A stretch of DNA of 64,000 bases, from assembly GCA_964234715.1 (NCBI GenBank), contig OZ174290.1, one strand, 5' to 3'. A model generated the notes under the pieces. The model was given only the letters and a program-made list of their open reading frames with translations. It was not told the origin of the DNA and ran no database searches. Made by a program: the position numbers and the translations under genes. Numbering within the stretch: the first letter of the stretch is position 1; every line of letters starts with the position of its first letter. Origin of the DNA: Podarcis melisellensis (taxonomy: Eukaryota). This document shows, piece after piece, positions 37,734-50,020 of this stretch.

Positions 37734-40700
37734 AAGCTACAAAACCCTTCACAAACTGCAGTTCTCAGGATTATTTGGAGTGGTAATGTGCTTTAAATGT
37801 ATGGTGTGTACACAGCCTTAGCTCAGTAAGAAGTGGAATCAAACACAGTGATCTAAGAGTGCAAGCTATACTATTATGTTTTTTCAGAGTCTGCTACCAC
37901 CGCAAGGCCACCACCACTTTTGCCACTGCCACAAAGCCTTACAGGCCACCACTGCTGCCACCACAACAAGGCCTCGCAGGCTGTGTCATGGTGAGGCTTC
38001 TACTGCCTAGTAGGCCTGCTGGCAGTCTCAGATTATTTGTATTCTCTATGACTCATCACCGTACTCTGGGGTGCCCTGAATGCCACCATTTGGTAGCCAA
38101 GCCCCAAACCAAAAGTCTCAGGCTTGCCTGCTGCTGAAAGTGACCATGAGGTGACTGATAATATCAGCATTTATCAGTTTTAGACCCATAAGTAGCAGTT
38201 GCCAGGACACTGTCCTGTTCATCTCTGCATAGTTCCTTCCTTATTTCAGATATTGTGATACAGTATATTGATATATTGCGATGTTTAGCTGGTGATATAT
38301 CACAATGCTGAAAACCAGTTGTCACCCAGCCCTAACCACCACCTTGCCTCTGTTTCAAAAATACCAAATTGTTACATAAAATGATAAATGCAATACTAGC
38401 TGCACTGGACAATTGCAAAGTTGCATATTAACATTGCTCCCAGATGACTTATCCCCAGTGACTACTCACTGCGGTTAAATTAGTATGTTAAGAGTTTTCA
38501 GTTCCTTCATTTGTTTCCTTAAAATATAAACATTACAGGGGAATATAGACTATTATGGTGTCTTAATACACAGGCATTTGTTTAATAAATTTAACGAGCG
38601 TTTAATATATAAAACTTTCTTTTTTAAAAAATGAAATAGCTTTTAGTACTTATTAAGATTATTATGAAACCTTTGGGACACAAGAGAAACCACTAGTGAT
38701 TTGGGGAAACTTGTACATAAATTTGATTAAACAAGGATTCAGAATCCATACCACTTGCTGTATCCCAGATGACCTAAGTTAATGAACAAACATTACATAT
38801 ATCAGACTAGAAGTATGGGAAGGGCTGTCTAAATGTCTAATGGAGAGATGAGTATGATAGTTTTACAGTAGACTGCTATTCCTCAAAATATTCCCTGGGT
38901 GGAGGCAATCTCTTAAATGGTTTACAAAGTAAAAACCATAAAATGAAAAGGCTAGAATATAAACAAAATGCAAATATGTACTATCCATAAGAATCATAGG
39001 AACATAGACAGCTGCTTTATAAGGAGTCAGACCCTTGGTACATCTAGTCCAGTACTGTCTACACTGACTGGCAGCAGCTCTGCAGGGTTTCAAACTGGGG
39101 ACATTCTCAGGACTACCTGGAGATGCCGGGCTGGAACCTTTTGCAAACCAGATGCTCTTCAGCAGAGTTATGTTGGGAAAGGATCGAGACACTAAAGCAA
39201 AATGCTAAAAGATAAAACAAAAACTGAGGTGTGCCATCTAAAAATGGTCAGGAAATGCCCAAGTACGTTTTCAGTAGGTGCCCAAAACACATCGCTGTCG
39301 ATGCCTTTCAAATTGTATGGCGGGGGGTTGGTGCCATTTCAAGAAGTTTGCTTTCCACGCTGTCACTTGATCTGCTAGCCATGACATAGCCAGTAGGACC
39401 TCTTCCAATGACCGTAATGATCAACTGGGTGCGTTCAGGGGAATATAGTGTCCTAGGTGTTTTGGTCTGAAGGTCTTCATGATTTTGGATGTTAATAACA
39501 GAATCATGTACGTGGCTCAGTAGCGAATGAGCAGCCTGTGATGTTCTTGTAAACACATGCATTAGGTATGTATTCTGCACAGCACCCTAGATGTGACATT
39601 GTGAACCAGCTTCATTTTCAAATCAGGCTCAAGGATTTGGGCTTATGGCTGAAAAAAGTGCTTGTGCCCCAGGATGCAATTCTATACATTCATAACCTGG
39701 AAGAAAAACCCAATGAACTCACTGGGGCTTATTTCTGATTAGACATGTAAAGAATAGTCAGTGCCCTAAAATGCTGGATTTATGTGAACTACAGCACAAG
39801 CTGGGTAACAGCAGTGAGTCTTGCAGACATCTTGGAATCTGCATTTGTCATTCTATGAATATATGCAGCCAGAAGACTGTGGAAGCAATGCATGTATTCT
39901 GAAATTCTTACTTTTAAAGTGCAGGGAAAAAAATTATCCATGGAAAAACAATCCGGACACTAATATGGAAATAATGAGAGTGGTAGAAAATACACATTTT
40001 AAAAATCAGGCCTATAAATAGCCATTTGGTGAGTCAGAATAATCACCAGGGATTAAAGCAAACAAACTTTTGTAAGTGAGAAGGAAGATGGTTTCTCTCC
40101 CCCACCCCCCCTTCCAGAGCTGTGAGTTCTATTAACATTATTTTGTGGGCCAGTGACTTCTGTGATATGGTTTGGAAAGTTCCTCTGATATGTCCTTCAG
40201 ATCACAAGCAGAGATGTGACAAAATACCTTGCTCAAGGCCATCATTATGAGAAGAACTAGGAATCTGAACTGTGGCATACTTTCTCCTAGGTGACAGCGT
40301 CATTCACAAATATAGTTAAAAGTGTACATCACTCATGAGTAACTATCAGAAGATACACATCAAATGGAATGGGGCTGGAATGGCATCTGGTCTGACTTCC
40401 CTTGCTCAGTGACAAGTTCCTCTATCCACTGTCCCACCTCAATTCATGGCTCAGAAACTGGACCACTGCCTGCCGCAAGAGGATAGCAAATGAATTACTT
40501 GGCTATCCCAGCTGTATGATTATAAATTAATCTAAAACAAGGGTTGGGAACCTTTGGCCTTCCAGATGTTGCTGAACTGCAACTCCCATCACCCCAGGCT
40601 GCTGGCCACACTTGCTGGGACTGATGGGAGTTGCAGTTCAGCAACATCTGGAGGGCCAAAGGTTTCCCATTCCTGGTGTAGATGAAAGCAATGAAACCTG

Positions 40701-40736
40701 CTGAAATGCCCACTTAGCATTCACAGCTTTCCTCAT

Positions 40737-40887
40737 CTTGGATAGCTCAGTCAGTACAGAATAAAAATCTTAATCTTAGGGTCATGAGTTTCAGCCCTGT
40801 GTTGGACAAAAGATTCCTGCATTGCAGGGAGTTGAACAAAATGATCCTTATGGTCCCTTCCAAGTCTACAGTTCAATGATTCTATGA
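40737..40887 (+). mobile_element. tRNA-Lys-derived SINE with CR1-type tail
   Basis: ggatagctcagtcagta...cttaatcttagggtc head; gtcccttccaagtctac...attctatga tail. Confidence 0.75.
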
Positions 40888-41473
40888 CATAAATGGGGTT
40901 ATGATATATGAACTCCAGCCAACATACACGTTTGCAGATTTCCCTGCCTTTGACAAGGCTCATCCTTGCATTTCCAAATGCAGCAGCTCTATCCTATCAA
41001 GGGACAGCTTTAATCTCCATTTCATGCTATGTTTGATTGATTTTTCTATGTTTTAGCAGTTCTTGTTTTTATCTATAAGATGCCTTGAGTCTCGTCAAGG
41101 AAAAAGGCAGCGTACAAATAAATATATACTACTTTATTTCGGAGTGGTGCCTTTTGCAGAAACTAAGATTCTCTTGTATAGATATGCTGAGTGAAAAGCC
41201 TCCCTTGAACCAAAGCTTTGTCCATTCAGTGGCTAAAATGTGAATATTTAAATGGCTCCCCCCCAATATCTAAGGTAGAGGGTATCTGGAAGTGACTTAA
41301 ATGGATCCCATTACACTGCTGTTCCTGTTTGATTGTCCTTCTAGACTAGGTCAATGATGAAAGTGGGGGGGGGTGCCTTTTATCAAGACACCTTTTTAAA
41401 AGCTCACATACAGAAGGACTGGAAAACGATTCTCATATGCTAAGGCTAGGGAAGGTAGGGATGGAATCAATTA

Positions 41474-41939
41474 CCGTATTTTTCGCCCCATAGGACGCAC
41501 TTTTCCCCCTCCAAAAATGAAGGGGAAATGTGTGTGCGTCCTATGGGGCGAATGCAGGCTTTTGCTGAAGCCTGGAGAGCGAGAGGGGTTGGTGCGAACC
41601 AACCCCTCTCGCTCTCCAGGCTTCAGGAAGCTCTCCGCAAGTCGTGGGAGCCCGGCGCGAAGTCACGCCGGTCTCCCCAGGCTTCTGGAGAGCTGCCTGC
41701 ATCCCGAAGCCCGGGGCACGCTGAGAAGCGCGCTCCGGGCAGCTCTCCGCAAGCCTGGGGAGACCAGCTCGACTTCCCGCCGGGCTCCCTAGGCTTGCGG
41801 ATAGGAGCCTGTTCTGGGGGCTGGGGTCGGGGGAAGCTCGGGCTCCCCCCGCCCCAGCCCCTGGGGGGGAAATATTTTTTTTTCTTAATTCCCCCCCCCC
41901 CACAAAAACAAGGTGCGCCCTATGGGGCGAAAAATACGG
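41474..41939. mobile_element. Mariner/Tc2-type MITE, long GC-rich variant of family B
   Basis: TA|ccgtatttttcgccccatagg ... cctatggggcgaaaaatacgg|TA; CpGs retained, so probably young. Confidence 0.88.
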
Positions 41940-43599
41940 TATTACTCTTTCTGCCTTCTTAAGAAGCAGGGACACCCACCACCCCAAAACGTGCAGGTAG
42001 AAGTTGAACCTATTTTTCCACTATCAAGAATAGACCCATAATGAGTATTACTTTTCTTTGTCTTTTAAAGAACACTGGATAAACACCACAGAGCAATTTG
42101 CTCTAAAACAAACAATAAGATTAACATCGAAGAATGATGGAAGCGGAGACTCTAAACGCAACCCAGAGCAGCTTATAGAATACAAACTCTAGGAAAATAC
42201 CAGGCATCCTTCGATTTGCCCTTGATCTATAAAGTTCACATTTTCAAAGGACCACTTTGAATATTTAACTGGATGGTAAAACAAATAGCAATAAAACTAA
42301 CTTGAGATGGCGATTTTAGGAAAAACGAAAAGCATGCAGTCTTTATGTTAAAAGAGTGCTTTTGATTAAGAACTCCAGCTGTCATGAGAACCTTGAGAGA
42401 GAATAAATCCTTATTTTCTTCAGCACCCCAGTTCTACAAACCGAAGTGAGGTGAGGGACACAAATCTCTCTCTATTGCTCCCAATAGAGTCTAGGCAAGA
42501 CAGCGTAATCCAACATCACTGTATTACAAAGCATTCTACACTCTCAAGAAAAACACCAACGCTGGAAACACACAGCCACAGCAGTGCTGATTATGACACT
42601 CCAACCAAACAGTACTCTAGTTAATCCTCTGCAGTCAAGGGTGAGAGAGAGAGAGATATCAATTACACATTTATAGTGCAATCCTCCTAACCATATCTAC
42701 TCAGAAGCAAGTCCTGCTGAATTAAACAGGATTTGCCCCCAGATAAGTGGAGTCAGGATTGCAATCTTAGGCTCCTATGCAGACTTAACTGCTACCATCA
42801 CCCTGCCCCAACAGGCCTGGTTGGAAAGTGCCCCCCAAATCTGAGACACAAATCTCTTCCAAGTTCTGGAGGAAAGGGGTGTGGGGCAAAAAGAGATACT
42901 AGTTTTTTCTAGGGGGCAAATTTTAGAATGGGTGCTTATATACAGGGTAAGAAGAGCAAATGAAAGAAAGGATCAAGGGATTTTTGGGGGGTGTCAGGGC
43001 ATTTGCTAGGATGGGTGTGCAAAACTGGAATGGGAGGCAGTCAGTTTTTGAGAAGGAAAATTCTGGATAAGGCAGCAAAGAAGGTTTTTGGGGGGGGGAG
43101 TTGCAAGGGGCAAAATAAAAAAAAGATCACAGGGAGAGGTACTATAATGATGGTGAGTATTCTTCCAAGAAATGGTGAAAATACTCAGGGTAGGGTCTAA
43201 AAAGCGATTCTACACGGGGCAAGCTCTGCAGTGAAGGAGAGAAAAAGCCAAATCACGGGGAGTGGTGTAAATAAGCAACATAGATTCTCTGAGGGTCCAC
43301 ATTCTACAATGAGGGAGCACAAGCAAAGAGGATGGCGGTGGTTGTTTTTTTACATTGGCAAATCCAATTCTGAAATACTGTTCATTCAGAAGGGGGTGCA
43401 AACCCCATTTGAAGGAGCAGGCGGAGACGATGGGCAAAAACAAGATTCCTGGGGCGTGGGTTGCAAATAAAATGCGAGTAGCAAACAGAGCCCCCTTCTG
43501 AAATGTACAGAGCGGGGCAAAGAAACTGCTGGGACTCTTCCTGAGCAAAACAAATAAAGATGGGGGTTCCAAATCTGACAGCGGGAGGGGGCGCAAGTA

Positions 43600-44550
43600 A
43601 TAGTTTTAGGAGCAAGGGGGGGAGACATGGCTCGGGGGGGTCCACTCGGACGGCAGAAGGAAAAGCTCCCGTTTGGGGAAATGGGTGGCTGGATGCAGAA
43701 GGCAGGCCGAGGCGAAAATGGGCTGGGCTGCAGCCATCTTCCTCCCCCCCCCCAAATTGGGAAAGCGGTACAGGGTGGGGGTGGGGGAAAGAGAGGCGCT
43801 CCTGATTGCCGCCCTTGCGTGGACCCCCCACAAATACAATCCAGGGGGTGCCCCCTTCCCTTCCTCCCCTCAGCCCCACGGCGGGGTCCGTCCCCCCCGG
43901 CCCGGCCCGGCGCCGGCCTTACCCACCTTGTAATAGACGTCGAACTGGATGTTCTCGGGCAAGGAGCGGATGTCCCTGCGGCGCGCCCGGCCGTAGCTGT
44001 CGACCACGGCCGAGATGGCGGTGTTGTAGAGCGTCTCGGGCACCCACTCCAGCTCCACGGCCGCCATCTTGCCTGTGCCGAGCGAGGGACGGGCGGGCGG
44101 AGGAGGGGTGGATGGAGGGAGAGAGAGAGAGAGGGAGGCCGGCGGCGGCGGCGACGCCTGCCTCTTCGCCCGCCTCCCGCCGGCGCTGCTCCCGGGCTCG
44201 GGCCGGCCTGCTGCTTCGCTCGGGGCCTCCTGCTCGCGCTCCGCCTCCCAGCCAGGCGAGGCGACGGGGGATTCAGCGCCTTCTCTGCTGAGGCGGCGGC
44301 AGCTGCTTCGCCTCAGGCCGCGGCGGCGGGGCGAGGCCTGCTCGGGAGGGAGCCGCTGGGGGCGCCGTCGCCGCTGCTGCTGCCGCTTTGGAGGGAGGGA
44401 AGGAAGGAACGAAGGAAGGAAGGAGGGAGGGAAAAGGAGGAAGGGAGCGCGAGGAAGGGGAGAAGGAGGCCTGAGGGGAAAGGCCGAGGCCGCGGGTCTC
44501 GCGCTGCTTCTCTCTCCTCTGGCTGTGACCCGGTGGCTGCGGTCTTTTCA
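43600..44550. promoter_or_regulatory. CpG island over APPBP2 exon 1 / 5' UTR; YY1 motif on the start codon
   Basis: Very GC- and CpG-rich; GCCGCCATCTTG at 44060-44071 matches the YY1 consensus (CAAGATGGCGGC on -). Confidence 0.85.
43927..44067 (-). CDS. APPBP2: APPBP2 coding exon 1 (amyloid protein-binding protein 2 / PAT1, CRL2 substrate receptor)
   Basis: MAAVELEWVPETLYNTAISAVVDSYGRARRRDIRSLPENIQFDVYYK; start context caagATGG; donor AAG|GTGGGT; 141 nt, phase 0; lies in a CpG island. Confidence 0.97.
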
Positions 44551-44572
44551 CTGCTGCTGCTTTTAATGAAGA

Positions 44573-44608
44573 AATAATAATAATAATAACAATAACAATA
44601 ACAATAAC

Positions 44609-44651
<43 letters not shown>
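44573..44651. repeat. (AAT)n/(AATAAC)n microsatellite abutting the APPBP2 CpG island
   Basis: Read directly. Confidence 0.95.
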
Positions 44652-44657
<6 letters not shown>

Positions 44658-45970
44658 TAATGGTTGGCATCCGTCTGTCTCGGGAGTCAGTGGATGTGTG
44701 CCTGCAGGAATAACAAGAAGAAGTATACTTAATAAGACTTTTTCGATTCTTTTAGTAAAATAAAATAGCAAAATGACTTCTTTTATTCCTCCCCCGCCCA
44801 CAACATTAAAAGAAATGCATCTTTAATTTTTGAAAACGAAACAAAACCCTTGTGTTTTTCTTAAAAAAGTAAAATAGCAATTGTTTTATTCTTCACAATA
44901 GAAATGAAAGAACAGAATTGTTCCGTTTTTCTTAATAGAAACAAAACAGCAATGCTAACTCTTAAAAAAACGAAAACAAAATTCTTCTGTGTAGTTTGGA
45001 AGCACATTGGAACAAAAAAGAGGGGTTTTTCCTCATCCCTTTTAGTCCAGATTTTAAAATCAAAAGGGGGGTGGGTGGGAGAAAAAATATTATAAGATGG
45101 TCCATAGGGTTGTCAGTTTAAAGGTTGTCAACTTTAATATTAATAACGATATGTACTGCTAAGTTATTCTTTGTTACTATTATTACTACTACTAATAAAT
45201 TCCTGTTAATAGGTTGCAGCACATTCCATAAGGTTGCAGGTTTAAAGATTGTAGTTTGTTTGCTTTTCTAAAAGCAAGGGTTGCAGCACAATCAAAGAGG
45301 TCTCCAAGCTTAAATTTTGAAGATGGTAAAGTTAAAAGCATCAATAAAGGAAAAATAAGTTTCTTAAGGATACAGAGGAAAAACTGTTCCTAAACTTGTG
45401 CATAGTGCCTTTCCTCAAAGCGAAAACAAATGTTTTTCAAAAAGGACCTCAGCACATAGTTCCCCTGGGCATGTGTTCAGTGCACCCTTAAGAAAAACTT
45501 CTCCAAGATCCTCAAATATGTGCCATGCCTTCTCATTACAAACTACAAATGGAATTTTTCCTCACCTTTCTGAAGAGCTGTCCAGGTGTGTGGTAGATCT
45601 GATGTCCTATTAGGAGAAGGGCCATAGCTCAGTGATAGATGGACTGCTTTGCATACAGACAGTTCAGTCCGCAGCATTCCTAGATAAGGCTGCGACAGAA
45701 CCCTGTCTGAAATCTGGAGAGCTGCTGCCTGTCAGCGTAAACATTACTGAGCTGGATGGACCAATGGTCTGTCTCAGCTTTCAGTCATTCCTTTATTCAG
45801 AACCATGAGGACTGGAAACTTGCTTAATTTATAGGGAAGAGCTGTAGCTTTGTGGCAGATATATTCTTTGCCTGCAGAAGGTGTCGGGTTCAATCCCTGG
45901 CATTTCCAAAAGGCTGGGACTGGAATGTAGAGAACTGCTGCTAGCCAGTGCAGACATTATTCAGCTAAAT

Positions 45971-46215
45971 CAGGGGTAGGCAACCTAAGGCCCATGGGCC
46001 GAATGCGGCCCAATCGCCTTCTCAATCCGGCCCACGGAGGGTTTGGGAATCAGCTTGTTTTTTCATGAGTAGAATGTGACCTTTTATTTAAAATGCATCT
46101 CTGGGTTATTTGTGGGGCAAATTTGTTCATATTTTTTTCAAAATATAGTCCAGCCCACCACATGGTCTGAGGGACAGTGGACCGGCCCACGGCTGAAAAA
46201 GGTTGCTGACCCCTG
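45971..46215. mobile_element. hAT MITE nested in a Squam3-like SINE
   Basis: caggggtaggcaacc ... ggttgctgacccctg; TSD agctaaat/agctagat; reversed truncated copy at 61777-61982. Confidence 0.85.
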
Positions 46216-46415
46216 AGCTAGATAGACCAGTGGTTTGGCTCAGTATAAGGCAGCTTCTCATGTTCCTTTGTAGTGGTGTGACAACATCTGGGAAAGTCAA
46301 CGTGTATTTAAACACACACTTTTTAAATGATGCCAGCCACCTTATTCCTAAGATGACTGATGCTTGGGAGTATCTCCCCAAACCTCTTTTTGTCACCACC
46401 TTTCTTACTACCGAA

Positions 46416-46737
46416 GGGACGCAGGTGGCACTGTGGGTTAAACCGCAGAGCCTAGGACCTGCTGATCAGAAGGTCGGCGGTTTGAATCCCTGCTCCTGCC
46501 AACCTAGCAGTTCGAAAGCACGTCAAAGTGTAAGTAGATAAATAGGTGCCGCTCCGGCAGGAAGGTAAACAGCGTTTCCGTGCGCTGCTCTGGCTCACCA
46601 CAAGCAGCTTAGTCATGCTGGCTACATGACCCGGAAGCTATACGCCAGCTCCCTTGGCCAATAAAGCGAGATGAGCGCCGCAACCCCAGAGTCAGCCACG
46701 ACTGGACCTAATGGTCAGGGGTCCCTTTACCTTTACC
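46416..46737 (+). mobile_element. Sauria SINE
   Basis: gggacgcaggtggcactgtgggttaaacc head; (accttt)n tail; TSD ttcttactacc at 46402-46412 and 46738-46748. Confidence 0.9.
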
Positions 46738-47782
46738 TTCTTACTACCACCAAAGCTTACTTTTCAGAAAAGCCTTTGACCCAACCTGCTGTTTACAATG
46801 CTGTACTTCAAGGTGAGGCAACCTGTGAGCCTCCAGATGTTATTGGACTACAACATCCATCATCCCCAGCCAGCAACAGCCAGTGGTCCAGGTTGAAGGG
46901 ACATGTAGTCCAACATCTGGAGAACCACAGGCTCCCCTTCCTTGCTGTACTTGAATTAAGCCTGTAAGAATATCTTAAGTGTCACAGATTATTCCTTTTA
47001 TCTTTCACTGCCTTTTATTTCCCATGTTGGATTTTAGTTTGCAAGCTATTGGGGCAGAGACAAAGTCTTTCGTCAGAAGAGTGTCAGGCACATCAATAAC
47101 CTGTAATATATTAATAACATTCACAACAACAATACCACAATCTTTATATTCAGAGATGGAGCTGAGCATGGTGGCACAGTGTGAACATTTAAAGCATGTT
47201 TAAAACTTCCCTCAAAGAATCCTGGGAATTGTAGTTTGTTAAGGGTGCTGGAGATTCTAGTTCTCTGAGGAGGTAAACTGCTGTTCTAAGGATTCTTTGG
47301 GGAACTTGTTATTTAAATGTATGGTGTGCACACAGTTCATTGAAATGTACATGAACTGTGCTGAAAAAGTAGCTGACTGTACCACAGTGCAACATTTTAG
47401 TTAGTGTACTGGTAGTCACACATGACATGTGCATTGAACTAGTTTAGGTTGTAGGATTGGGAAGCTTCTTGGAAAGCAGACGTAGAACTAAGCTAAGCAG
47501 GCAAAGTGACAAGTAGTCCTTGGGCTTGATTTGAGTTGTGACTTATCTCCCACAGCTTGCAAAAATACTGCTTAGCCCTGGAGATAGATCTCTCTGTCTG
47601 GTGCAGTATTCGACAAAGCTCTACTCAGAGTAGCCCCATTTAAATTAAAGGGCCTAAGGTATGGTCTACTCTGAGTAGGACTAACATTGGATTCAACCTT
47701 TGGTTTCTGAACATGTACAAAGTTCATTTTGGGTCTTTTTCAGCTGCAATATAAAAGTGCTTGACCGTGGAAGGTAATCAAC

Positions 47783-47936
47783 ACCTGGATAGCTCAGTCA
47801 GTAGAGCATGATACTCTCCGTCTCAGGGTTGTGGGTTCGAGCCCCTTGTTGGGCAAAAAGATTCCTGCTTTACATGGGGGTTGGACTAGATGATCCTTGT
47901 GGTTCCTTGACACTCTATAATTCTGTGATTCAATGA
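47783..47936 (+). mobile_element. tRNA-Lys-derived SINE with CR1-type tail
   Basis: cctggatagctcagtcagtagagcatg...ggttcgagccc head; ttggactagatgatcctt tail. Confidence 0.8.
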
Positions 47937-49409
47937 ACAGAGGGTTTCAGGTAGAGGGCACTCGCAGCCCAGCCGGGGGATGCCAAGGATTGAACCTGGA
48001 CCTTTTGCTCTACCACTGAACTACAACCATTAAATACAGTATATGGAAATCAGAGCCGCTGAGCAAGGAGCAGAGTTGTCTCAGCCAACCTCTAGCCTTT
48101 GGTTTTCTTTCAGAATCAGGCCACTGCTTTAGTGCATCCTGAGCATCCACGCTACCACGCTCCCTGCTTCAATTTTAAAAAATGTCTTGCCTCTCCCCAA
48201 GTTAGAGCAAAGGTATGTGCTATTAGGCAAATAATACCTTATTTCAGGCCCGTGCAGAGCTTGTCTGAGGCATGAGGCGGGAGTCTTGTCCATGAGATGT
48301 GCCAGCACGGCACTGCCATCTAAGTTGATCTGATGCTACATGTTAGAACATGGTAACACAGGTCAAGATGTTACTATTGAAGACTTGCAGTGCATACAGA
48401 CAGACATGGGCATTTCACCACTGGCTGTTTCGCCCATTAACTCTCTGGTCAGCTGGGAGAAATGGGGCATTCTTGGCATGACAGCATAAGTATGGCAGGC
48501 CCCTTGTGGAGCTCTTCTGCCAGCTTAGAACTCTGAGGCCTGGGGCAAGTGTACCCAGATGCCCCCCATCTTCCCTGATACACATGCCCGCCCTATTTGT
48601 TTCCCATCTGGCAAATCCAGGAATTATGATCATGACTTAAAGAGAATCACATACTTGAGAGCTAGTGCTTTGGCATCAAAGGTATACAACAAGTCAATAT
48701 ATGTGATTACTTACTTACCATTTATTTAAAAACTGTTTTCTGCTTGTTTTTAAATCTTGCAATTTTTGCAACACTGTGGTGACCCTTGCTCCAATTTTAG
48801 TCTGGAGAACTGAGACTGCATTATTGTCACATGCCCAAGACTACACAGTGGGTCTTTAATAGAGGCCTGATTGCCACGGCCCACATATTTTGCCAGTGAA
48901 ACACAATGACTTGCTGGTGATGCATACTCACTAGTAACCCTATATGTTTAGCACTTTACCATCCTACTGTGTCCAAAATGAAGGCAGCCAAAAGGTTGCT
49001 TTTCTCCATCCTGTCAACTGTGTGTATACAGGTGTGGTTGTCGTGTGATTTCAAGCGCTTGGATATTTTACAATCTTTATTGAAAGAGCACAGAAAATGT
49101 AGCTGTAACCTATACAGCAGGCGCAGTAACTCTTTAACGGATGTCAAACTAGGAGTTCAGAGTCCAAGGCTCAAAGCCTAGTTTAATCCTGAAGCTCACC
49201 CTGGGCCAGTCATTATACCTCTCACCCTATTCTACCTCACAGGTTTGTTGTGAAGATGGGGGGGGGGAATCAAGGAGAGGGGGGAATTGGGTTGCCATCT
49301 TGTGCTCCTTGGAGGAAAAGGAAGATATAAATATACTGAATTTCAAAAAGTCCTTCAGCAACAGACAATAGCCTTATCGATCATATTTGTAGGCGGAAGG
49401 AAGCATATT

Positions 49410-49561
49410 CTGAAGACATCTGAAGGCAGACCTGTTTAGGGAAGTTTTTAATGACTGATGTTTTAATGTATTTTTAATCTCTTGTTAGAAGCTTCCCAGA
49501 GTGGCTGGGGAAACCCAGCCAGATGGGCGGGGTATAAGTAATTTATTAATTATTATTATTA

Positions 49562-49603
<42 letters not shown>
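49410..49603 (+). mobile_element. L2-clade LINE extreme 3' end with (ATT)n tail
   Basis: ctgaaggcagacctgtttagggaagttttt ... cccagagtggctgggg...gatgggcggggtataa followed by (att)n. Confidence 0.65.
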
Positions 49604-49740
49604 TTCTGATATTTAGCTATACAGTTTTAGGTATTTCTCGATATCGTATCTATCACTCGCTACTTATACCTATGGCAAACTATCACCACTTAAATATCTA
49701 TATAGTAGTTCTATACTACAGTATTCCTTTTTCCTCTCTC

Positions 49741-50020
49741 ACTTCCTGTTCTAGACATCTGAGTTCGATTGCTTGCGCCTCGTTGCCTTAGGAACAGCTT
49801 AGCCGGCTGCCGCATAAACTGGCCGCCCAAACATTCTTTAACGTAATCGGGGCGCGCTCAAGTCCGCATCCGTCTCACGCAGGCGCGTACGGAACAGTTC
49901 TGTCAGCTCGCCCGCCTTCCCTCACTTCTGATTGGTCGGGGTATTTTGTACGTTTTAGTCTTCCCCGCCGGTGCTCTCGCGGAATGCTGGGAAGAGTGGC
50001 GGAAAAGAAGTTGAAAGGCT
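49741..50020. promoter_or_regulatory. Orphan CpG mini-island with housekeeping-promoter motifs
   Basis: ETS ACTTCCTG 49741-48; X-box-like GTTGCCTTAGGAAC 49782-95; NRF1-like CACGCAGGCGCG 49876-87; NF-Y CTGATTGGTC 49928-37; TCTCGCGG 49975; ZNF143-like GGAATGCTGGGAA 49981-93. Confidence 0.65.

Noticed and set aside
39308-39580. 90-aa sense ORF in unique APPBP2 intron 1 sequence
   Set aside because: No recognisable homology and no convincing splice-site pair
43627-44577. 316-aa plus-strand ORF and neighbours antisense to APPBP2 exon 1
   Set aside because: Low-complexity G/R/A/P sequence caused by stop-codon scarcity in a CpG island; no recognisable domain
40737-47936. Two tRNA-Lys-like sequences (40737, 47783)
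   Set aside because: Broken stems and a shared CR1-type tail show they are SINE heads, not tRNA genes
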